Shown here: positions 17,506 through 24,000 of the stretch, in pieces
Layout: each line of letters opens with the position of its first letter
Position numbering within the stretch: the first letter of the stretch is position 1
Source of the DNA: Alteromonadaceae bacterium
Lineage (GTDB): Bacteria; Pseudomonadota; Gammaproteobacteria; Enterobacterales; Alteromonadaceae
Assembly (NCBI GenBank): GCA_964230195.1
Contig: CAXRGH010000135.1
Location: forward strand, 2,714-26,713
Length of the DNA stretch: 24,000 bases
Direction of reading: 5' to 3'
The notes under the pieces: generated by a model
Told to the model about the DNA's origin: nothing
What the model saw: only the letters and a program-made list of their open reading frames with translations
The model's database searches: none
Made by a program: the position numbers and the translations under genes

Positions 17506-18672
17506 ATGTGGAAAAGGATTTTTACAGGTACAAGCGCCGTATTGGCGTTAGCGTTGTCAGTGGCAGGTTTGTTTTTCCAAGTAAAACAAGATGCCGCTGG
17601 GTTGAGTTGGATCTACGGCTTGAGCAGTTTGCTTCTGATAACGTCAATCGCTGCCGTCTGGTTGTTTTACGGCAAGCCGCTATTCAACATCATTCAGCAA
17701 ATCCCCAGCCATGGTCTAGATGATACCTCTGATGATGTCTCTCACCTCAATCAAGGACTCAATCGACTTCAGAGCCAAATGCTGTCGGCCCAGCAACTTT
17801 GTCATCAAAAGCAGCAACAGCTCGATGCATTAACTCAAGCAATCGCTGTGCTAAAGCTCGAATTAGATGACCCCACGGCTTCGCAAACTAACACCAATAA
17901 ACAGGATCAACAGTCTATTCAAGACGCTTTTACGCAATCCGAAAATGCCGCGGATTATGCCACTGAGACGTTTGAAACCTTATATCACTCAGTCAACACA
18001 CTTGGCACTAGCTATCAAGACGTTCGAAAAAGTGCCGAAAAGCTGAACAATAATGCCAATGAGAGTGCAGAGATGGTCAATACCTCTCGCGCCTCGTTAG
18101 AACAATTATCCATGCAAGTATCAGAGATTGCAGCCGTCACCAACAGTATTGCTGATATTGCGAGTATGACACAGCTACTGGCACTAAATGCTTCCATTGA
18201 AGCGGCTCGTGCAGGTGAGTCGGGGAGAGGTTTTGCGGTCGTTGCTGATGAAGTGAAAAAACTCGCTGAACAAACCGATGAAGCCACTAAGCGTATCACC
18301 TCAATATCGCAAAGTATCTCAACCGCAAGTCAAGCGTCATCTGATGCAATGACCACCATTGCTGACCGCATGATCAGTGTGAGGGAAACTCTCACTGAGG
18401 TGGTATCCCACATTGAAACCCAATGGTCCAGCGTCCAAGGCGTTTTAGGACAAATGGGGCAAGCAGCTGGCACTGTCAGCGGCCTTAAAGGGATTCTTAA
18501 TACATCTAAAGAGACGGCGTTAATGCCATTCCTTGATACTACCGCGAGTCAAGACACACGCCATTATTTTCACTCCATTGATTCCGTATTAGCAGAGTTT
18601 AGTATCCCTCTAGAAGTCAAAGATACAGAAGCAAACCCATCAGAGTATGACCACTCAGAGCTTTCCGTTTGA
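17506..18672 (+). CDS. MCP-type transducer with a TM hairpin and no periplasmic sensor domain
   Basis: Two N-terminal TM helices ([17 protein letters not shown] and [23 protein letters not shown]) are separated by only about 6 residues. The cytoplasmic coiled coil carries the MCP tip [34 protein letters not shown]. 388 aa. Confidence 0.85.
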   Translation: MWKRIFTGTSAVLALALSVAGLFFQVKQDAAGLSWIYGLSSLLLITSIAAVWLFYGKPLFNIIQQIPSHGLDDTSDDVSHLNQGLNRLQSQMLSAQQLCHQKQQQLDALTQAIAVLKLELDDPTASQTNTNKQDQQSIQDAFTQSENAADYATETFETLYHSVNTLGTSYQDVRKSAEKLNNNANESAEMVNTSRASLEQLSMQVSEIAAVTNSIADIASMTQLLALNASIEAARAGESGRGFAVVADEVKKLAEQTDEATKRITSISQSISTASQASSDAMTTIADRMISVRETLTEVVSHIETQWSSVQGVLGQMGQAAGTVSGLKGILNTSKETALMPFLDTTASQDTRHYFHSIDSVLAEFSIPLEVKDTEANPSEYDHSELSV

Positions 18673-18695
18673 AGCCAACTACAAGTGAGCCTGTT

Positions 18696-19502
18696 ATGTT
18701 AGATGCACCTATTCCATTTTCTTTGCCGCCCCAAGAGTCAATTAAGGCGCAATCTCCTCAACTTGTTTTAGATGGCAAAAGCTTATCCATAGAACAAGTG
18801 ACTCAATTCATCAAAAAACAACATCACGTGTCCCTGTGCAAGCGAGCGGCTTCACCTGATGCATTGCAAGTGAGTTGTGATGTGATGGCGCAACAACTGA
18901 ATGACGGCAAGCAAATCTACGGGGTCAACACCTTGTTTGGAGGGCTTGCTAACTTAGGGGTCGATGATCCTATTGCGCTGCAGCAAGAACTCATCACATC
19001 TCACCATTCGGGCGCGGGAAATGACCTCGCCATTGACGATGTTAGAGTAGCCATGTTATTGCGGGTGAATTCCATTTGTCCACTGTTAGAGCAAAAAGCA
19101 TCACCATTGAGTGTCCACTTCCCCGTGCACGCTGAACAATTTAATCAAAATCTGAACTCTCAAGGTTTCGGTTCAGCGCAGTTAACGCAATCCGCTGGGC
19201 ATTTGTTAAAAACACATTTGGCAGCCAGTTTGATAATCTATCTACAAGCCGCTTATATTCGGGCAGATCAAAAACACTTATCCATTGACTCCGCGTTTAG
19301 CCCTTCCACTCGTCGACTAATTCGGGTATTTTGTGAACTTAACGGGTTGTCACTCACCGACAATTGGGCAGTACTGTCAGGTGTTCGCAACGAGCTGAAA
19401 CAAGCGTTTGTGGCTAATGTTGAACACGGCATTGACACATTCGCATTTGAATTCACGCAGGATGCGGTATCTTCTGCTCAAACGGATGAAAATGATTTAT
19501 GA
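18696..19502 (+). CDS. Aromatic amino-acid ammonia-lyase (HAL/TAL/PAL family) homologue, internally truncated and lacking the MIO-forming Ala-Ser-Gly core; possibly a pseudogene
   Basis: IYGVNTLFGGLANLGV...LQQELITSHHSGAGNDLAIDDVRVAMLLRVNS matches the lyase N-terminal signature (YG[IV]NTGFG...LQ.NL..SHA.G.G..L....VR..M..R.NS). The protein is only about 268 aa against about 500-520, and no GxxGASGDL motif is present. The tail (LAASLIIYLQAAYIR...LTDNWAVLSGVRNELKQAF) weakly resembles the family C-terminus. The ATG at 18696 is preferred over the TTG at 18669. The stop overlaps the kinase start (ATGA). Confidence 0.6.
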   Translation: MLDAPIPFSLPPQESIKAQSPQLVLDGKSLSIEQVTQFIKKQHHVSLCKRAASPDALQVSCDVMAQQLNDGKQIYGVNTLFGGLANLGVDDPIALQQELITSHHSGAGNDLAIDDVRVAMLLRVNSICPLLEQKASPLSVHFPVHAEQFNQNLNSQGFGSAQLTQSAGHLLKTHLAASLIIYLQAAYIRADQKHLSIDSAFSPSTRRLIRVFCELNGLSLTDNWAVLSGVRNELKQAFVANVEHGIDTFAFEFTQDAVSSAQTDENDL

Positions 19503-21757
19503 CGACACTTGCCTCGCTATTGACTCAACAAGGTACACCCATTGAGTTGTCATACGACACAGATGGACTCAAGAACGCTGAAAATAACCAATCCATTCGC
19601 TTCATGGATGATGTCATTAGTCGTCGCATTCGCTATACCCGAAATTGGTGTCAAAAACATCAAAAAACTCATTCCTTTGACCATGCCTTTTTTCCCGAGG
19701 AGACAGGGCACAAGACGTTGTTGTATCGGCGAGTAACACTGGATCCTGATGGCCTCAAGATCAGTCCATTTCTAGCTCAAGAAGGTTATGTATTTAGCGA
19801 CGCATTTGAATCTCAAATTATTAATGCCTGTAACGACGCGGTATTACTCTGTGAGGCTGAGCCGATTGCCAGCCCAGGCCCTCGCATTATTTACTGTAAT
19901 AAAGCATACGAAACAATGACCGGTTACTCAGCAGCGGAAATGCTGGGAAATACACCACGTATTTTGCAAGGTGAGCAGTCATCGAAATTAGCCATTAAAA
20001 ACATCGCTATTGCACTACGAAAATGGCAGCCCATCAAACAACATATCGTTAATTATCGTAAAAATGGCGATGCTTTTTGGGTTGAATTAAATATTTCGCC
20101 GGTTACTGACGAAACAGGATGGTACTCCCATTGGATTTCCATTCAGCGGGATCTATCAATGGAAATAACCCACCAGCAGCATCAGTATCACATGCAAAGA
20201 ATGATGGAACGCAGTGGAGTGGGTACGTGGATTTATGATGGCCAAAAAGAACAGTTTAATTTTGACTGTAATGGTCTCGCATTACTCAATCTCGATACCG
20301 CTCAACACTGCGTTGCCTTGAGCGCTGTCACAGAACAACTCACTAAGCATCACTCATGTGATTTGAAAGCAAAGTTAGACGAAGCCTTAAACAGTGTATC
20401 CGGTTTAGAAATCGTGCTAGCCATGGGTGATGATCCAACAAAATATTTTCAGTTCAAAGGTGAGCGTTATTTTGATGTCACCCAACAGCACGCGACGTTA
20501 TCGGGTATCATGTTGGATATTACCAAAGAAAAACAGACGCAACTTGCTTTACAAGAACAGCGCGAGGCGATGATTGAAAACGGTAAACTTGCCGCCCTTG
20601 GTCGACTTGCTGCTGGTGTCGCCCATGAAATTAACAACCCACTGTCAGTCATCAATGTCATGTTAGATATTCTGGATATCAAATTACCTGCGGGCGATAT
20701 CAACTATCTGCAAGAGCAGCAGTTCTCGACAAAGCTTCGTGATGCGTCTGAGCGAATCGAACAGATAGTGTCGAGTTTATCCGACATTTCAAAAGCAAAT
20801 CGTAAGCGGGATACGGCGGTATCAGTCAATGTCACACGAGTAACCACAGAAACACTAGCACTGTTTCATCAGCTTTATCAGGCAGATGGGATTCAGATCA
20901 TTGATATTATTCCCAACCAACCTGCTTATGTTATGGCGCCACCCGGCACAATCCAACAGGTCATTGTTAATCTCTTAAATAATGCAAGAGACGCAGTTTC
21001 AGGAAACACCAGTAAGCGCATCAGTGTCACCGTTGAGATACTATCAACACACGTCGTGTTGCATGTAAAAGACAATGGAGAAGGGGTACCAGAGGCGATC
21101 CAGAAAACGTTATACGAACCTTTCGTCACAACGAAACCACCTGGCAAAGGCACTGGGTTAGGGTTATCAATTGTGCATGGGTTGATATCATCCTTGGGCG
21201 GAAAAATCACCTGCCATTCCGCTGATGTCGGCGCTTATTTTAGTGTTTCACTGCCTTTATGCGAGAGCATCGCAAGTGCATGTGCAGGTCCACAAGGTAT
21301 GACAACGATAGGGAACAATCAAAATTCAACTGCATTGCTTACCGCTTCTGGGAGCACAGTGTCATGCCTAGTGGTTGACGACAATCAACAACTTGCTCAG
21401 TCACTATCATCGTTACTGACGTTGTTAGGTTGTGATACCTGCATAGCTGAGAGTGGTGAGTCTGCGATTCATTTACTTAAAAAGCAGTCGTTTGATCTCA
21501 TTTTGACGGATATCAAAATGCCATCAATGGACGGTTGGGCCCTACTGGATATTATCCATAGAGAAAACCTTGCACCTGACAGCTTGTGCTATGTCATTTC
21601 AAGTCTCGGTAATAATGGGTTAAAAGCGCCATCTGTAGACTCAACTCGAGTTAACGGTATTTTGCCTAAACCGGTAAGTCGTACCGAGCTCATCGGTATT
21701 ATTGACGCGGTGAAAGAAAATCGACAACAGCAACAAACACTGCAAACAATATCCTAA
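19499..21757 (+). CDS. Hybrid sensor histidine kinase: unknown N-terminal region, LOV-like PAS (Cys replaced by Pro), second PAS, HisKA, HATPase_c, receiver
   Basis: LOV-like segment: PRIIYCNKAYETMTGYSAAEMLGNTPRILQGE...IVNYRKNGDAFWVELNISPVTDETG..ISIQRD. H-box AAGVAHEINNPL, N-box LLNNARDA, G1 DNGEGV, G2 GKGTGLGLSIV. Receiver: VVDDNQ...DLILTDIKMPSMDG...PKP. Confidence 0.88.
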   Translation: MTTLASLLTQQGTPIELSYDTDGLKNAENNQSIRFMDDVISRRIRYTRNWCQKHQKTHSFDHAFFPEETGHKTLLYRRVTLDPDGLKISPFLAQEGYVFSDAFESQIINACNDAVLLCEAEPIASPGPRIIYCNKAYETMTGYSAAEMLGNTPRILQGEQSSKLAIKNIAIALRKWQPIKQHIVNYRKNGDAFWVELNISPVTDETGWYSHWISIQRDLSMEITHQQHQYHMQRMMERSGVGTWIYDGQKEQFNFDCNGLALLNLDTAQHCVALSAVTEQLTKHHSCDLKAKLDEALNSVSGLEIVLAMGDDPTKYFQFKGERYFDVTQQHATLSGIMLDITKEKQTQLALQEQREAMIENGKLAALGRLAAGVAHEINNPLSVINVMLDILDIKLPAGDINYLQEQQFSTKLRDASERIEQIVSSLSDISKANRKRDTAVSVNVTRVTTETLALFHQLYQADGIQIIDIIPNQPAYVMAPPGTIQQVIVNLLNNARDAVSGNTSKRISVTVEILSTHVVLHVKDNGEGVPEAIQKTLYEPFVTTKPPGKGTGLGLSIVHGLISSLGGKITCHSADVGAYFSVSLPLCESIASACAGPQGMTTIGNNQNSTALLTASGSTVSCLVVDDNQQLAQSLSSLLTLLGCDTCIAESGESAIHLLKKQSFDLILTDIKMPSMDGWALLDIIHRENLAPDSLCYVISSLGNNGLKAPSVDSTRVNGILPKPVSRTELIGIIDAVKENRQQQQTLQTIS

Positions 21758-21832
21758 GCTTGTTACAAAGTGTGCGTTAAATCCTAGGGCATTGTCGACT
21801 AATCTTTTGTTAACGTGTGTTTAAGGATAAAC

Positions 21833-22549
21833 ATGAAAATACTGTTAGCAGAAGACGACCCTCAACTTGGCCCCATCATTGCCGACTACCTCAATCTCCA
21901 CGATTTTGAGGTCACTCATGTTGACTGCGGCAAAGACGCCATGAACGCGTTGGCGGAAACCTCCTTTGATGCCATTGTGCTTGATCTCACACTACCGGAT
22001 GAAGATGGTCTAGTGATTTTGCGTAAGATTAGACAGTGGCTTGAGACTCCCGTGCTGATTTGCTCCGCAAGAGGGACCGATAATGATCGAATTACCGGCC
22101 TAGAATTCGGTGCTCGCGACTACTTAACCAAACCCTTCGCGTCAAAAGAATTGGTGTTGCGACTGCGCAATCTTGTCAACGGCGTGAGCCAATCTCACAA
22201 TAAGCCTGCCCAAGATATTGAGTTTGGTCCCTTCCGCCTCGATCAACAGAAAAAACAACTGATTAATACTCAAATAGACAGTAGTATTCCCTTGACGCCA
22301 AAAGAATACGGGTTGCTTCTCATTATGGGACGTCGTCCCGGTCATGTGTTTTCCCGTAGTGATCTTATTGATGGCCTTCCACAACTTGAAGGTCCAGAAA
22401 CCTTACGTGCAATTGACATACTGATCAGCCGACTTCGACGGAAAATTGAAACGGATGCAAGGGCGCCTCAATACATCAAAACCGTCACTGGATTTGGCTA
22501 TAAACTCAGCACTCACAACTGCCTATCTACTGCAATAGACGACGCCTAG
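21833..22549 (+). CDS. OmpR/PhoB-family response regulator (receiver + winged-helix DNA-binding domain)
   Basis: MKILLAEDDPQL, DAIVLDLTLPDEDG, and KPF in the receiver. C-terminal LTPKEYGLLLIM...SRLRRKIE...IKTVTGFGYKL. The ATG at 21833 has AAGGA upstream; the track start at 21815 is less likely. Confidence 0.9.
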   Translation: MKILLAEDDPQLGPIIADYLNLHDFEVTHVDCGKDAMNALAETSFDAIVLDLTLPDEDGLVILRKIRQWLETPVLICSARGTDNDRITGLEFGARDYLTKPFASKELVLRLRNLVNGVSQSHNKPAQDIEFGPFRLDQQKKQLINTQIDSSIPLTPKEYGLLLIMGRRPGHVFSRSDLIDGLPQLEGPETLRAIDILISRLRRKIETDARAPQYIKTVTGFGYKLSTHNCLSTAIDDA

Positions 22550-22553
22550 CGGC

Positions 22554-22868
22554 TTACCAATCGCCCACTTTTCCCATACTGTTAGCGGGTATCTTGTCAC
22601 CAAGCACAACATGACTGAAAGAGACGTGAGGGCAATCCTGTTTCAGTTGTGACTGAAAAGCTTCCATATCAAACTGGGTATGCAATGTAGGGACGACGAA
22701 CAAATGTAGCTCAGAGAGTCCAGACTGCTCAAAGACTTTTACTGCACAATCAGACACGGTGGACAAACCCAACACTTGGCCTTTAACCTCAGACAGTGAT
22801 ACGTTCTTTCCATTAATCTGAATCTTTTTATCATTTTGCGCTAAACATTTTATGTTATTGAAGTGTAG
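22554..22868 (-). pseudogene. 3' remnant of an adenylate-forming enzyme gene (acyl/4-coumarate-CoA ligase-like C-terminal domain only)
   Basis: Open frame from the stop at 22869: ...LAQNDKKIQINGKNVSLSEVKGQVLGLSTVSDCAVKVFEQSG..LHLFVVPT...FQSQLKQDCPHVSFSHVVLGDKIPANSMGKVGDW. This matches motifs A8-A10 (GR.DD.IKI.G..V.L.E[IV]E..L......D.AV......G....FVV....IP....GK). The approximately 400-aa N-terminal adenylation domain is absent. A possible further fragment (FHGDELMLKR, out of frame) lies near 22915-22975. Confidence 0.6.
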
Positions 22869-23015
22869 TTAATTTTTGCTATTTTTCCACCTTGATACAG
22901 CAAGCAAACAGAGAACATTTACGTTGGATATGGCATTTTGATAGCCCATCTTTTAAGCATTAATTCGTCGCCATGAAAAGGTCAATTAACACATGCTTCC
23001 AGCTTCTAAAGCGCT

Positions 23016-23053
23016 AAGCCGCACATCCCAATTGGGCTATGCTTGTGCGGCTT
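23016..23053 (-). terminator. Hairpin spanning the ybiT stop codon; weak terminator candidate
   Basis: aagccgcaca (23016-23025) pairs with tgtgcggctt (23044-23053), with a nested palindrome cccaattggg in the loop. Only a short T run follows on the minus strand. Confidence 0.3.
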
Positions 23054-24000
23054 TCACCTGTAAATACGCCTCGTAACTTCCCTTGAAATCAACGATTCCC
23101 TCTGGCGTTAAATCGATAATGCGGTTAGCCAATGAAGAAACAAACTGTCTATCATGGCTGACAAAGAATAAGGTCCCTTCATAATGCTCTAGTGCGAGGT
23201 TGAGACTCTCAATCGATTCCATATCCAAGTGGTTAGTAGGTTCATCCATGATAATCACATTAGGAGCAGCCATCATAATTTTGCCAAATAGCATACGCCC
23301 TTGTTCTCCACCTGAAATCACTTTGACTGACTTAGTGATATCCGACTGGGAGAACAGTAAACGCCCAAGAATACTGCGGACGGTTTGGTCGTCATGATGA
23401 GGCTGACGCCATTGGGTCATCCACTCGAAAAGGTTCATATCCTCTTCAAAGTCTGCGGAATGGTCTTGGGCATAGTAGCCAACATTGACATTTTCAGACC
23501 ACTTAAATTCACCCGAGGACGGTGCGTATTCGTCAAGTAAGGTGCGAACAAGTGTTGTTTTACCAGCACCGTTTTGTCCAATAATGGCAACCCGTTCACC
23601 GACCTCAAAAATTCCTGACAGGCCAGAGAAAACATCCCCTTCTTCAAACCCTTTGCTTAAATTTTCCACTTCAAGAATATTGCGGAATAGCTTCTTCTGT
23701 TGATTGAAGCGAATATACGGATTCACACGGCTTGATGCTTTGACTTCTTCTAACTGAATTTTGTCAATCTGCTTCGCACGTGAGGTTGCTTGTTTTGCTT
23801 TTGACGCATTGGCAGAGAAACGACTCACAAACTGCTGAAGCTCAGCAATCTGAGCTTTTTTCTTTGCATTATCCGCCAGTAAACGTTCTCTTGCTTGAGT
23901 CGCGGCAAACATGTATTCATCGTAATTCCCAGGGAATACACGCAATTCACCATAATCAAGATCCGCCATATGTGTGCACACCGAATTCAAGAAATGTCTG
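23037..24000 (-). CDS. ybiT: ABC-F family ATPase (YbiT-like), 5' end beyond the window
   Basis: [49 protein letters not shown], Walker [10 protein letters not shown], signature LSGGEQGR, Walker [12 protein letters not shown]. Collinear with my recollection of E. coli YbiT. The frame stays open to nt 24000. Confidence 0.88.
   Translation of the reverse strand, partial: RHFLNSVCTHMADLDYGELRVFPGNYDEYMFAATQARERLLADNAKKKAQIAELQQFVSRFSANASKAKQATSRAKQIDKIQLEEVKASSRVNPYIRFNQQKKLFRNILEVENLSKGFEEGDVFSGLSGIFEVGERVAIIGQNGAGKTTLVRTLLDEYAPSSGEFKWSENVNVGYYAQDHSADFEEDMNLFEWMTQWRQPHHDDQTVRSILGRLLFSQSDITKSVKVISGGEQGRMLFGKIMMAAPNVIIMDEPTNHLDMESIESLNLALEHYEGTLFFVSHDRQFVSSLANRIIDLTPEGIVDFKGSYEAYLQVKAAQA

Noticed and set aside
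22870-23036. Non-coding gap between the ligase remnant and ybiT, examined for IS ends, transposase fragments or att-like repeats that could explain the deletion.
   Set aside because: I could see no inverted repeats, direct repeats or transposase-like coding potential. Only a possible short out-of-frame ligase relic is present. The deletion mechanism cannot be inferred from this window.
1-24000. Window-wide scan for CRISPR arrays, tRNA/rRNA genes, integrases, phage or toxin-antitoxin/defence modules.
   Set aside because: No regularly spaced repeats, cloverleaf-like sequences or recombinase motifs were seen. The gene content is metabolic, sensory and regulatory with consistent composition, so I make no mobile-element call.

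Overview
The window looks like gammaproteobacterial chromosome: low to mid 40s %GC by eye, a Vibrio/Shewanella-like GlyGly-CTERM protein, and a close YbiT homologue. I saw no rRNA, tRNA, CRISPR array or transposase. There are three blocks.

(1) 1-5250: a 5'-truncated hypothetical gene, a secreted cyclophilin with a GlyGly-CTERM sorting tail, a classical MCP, and an alginate-export-type porin broken by an in-frame TGA.

(2) 5264-14647: a nitrite-assimilation regulon. On the minus strand it reads nirC, then a PP2C/Ser-Thr kinase fusion, then nirB-nirD-cobA-ybiB-like-porin. nasR (NIT+ANTAR antiterminator) is divergent. Three near-identical sigma54 -24/-12 boxes are visible, plus two leader terminators. 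Each terminator overlaps a hexaloop hairpin of the ANTAR-target type.

(3) 16355-22868: the most interesting part. Six co-directional, tightly spaced genes are centred on a divergent photoactive yellow protein (PYP) homologue. The order is dual-PAS protein, PYP, a sensor-less MCP-type transducer, an internally truncated tyrosine/histidine ammonia-lyase homologue without the MIO motif, a LOV-like (Cys->Pro) hybrid histidine kinase, and an OmpR-type response regulator. A convergent 3' remnant of an adenylate-forming (p-coumarate-CoA-ligase-like) gene follows. A PYP physically linked to a chemotaxis transducer and a two-component system, with decayed chromophore-biosynthesis genes, is the candidate undescribed system.

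All functional calls come from by-eye motif recognition and alignment from memory. No searches were run.
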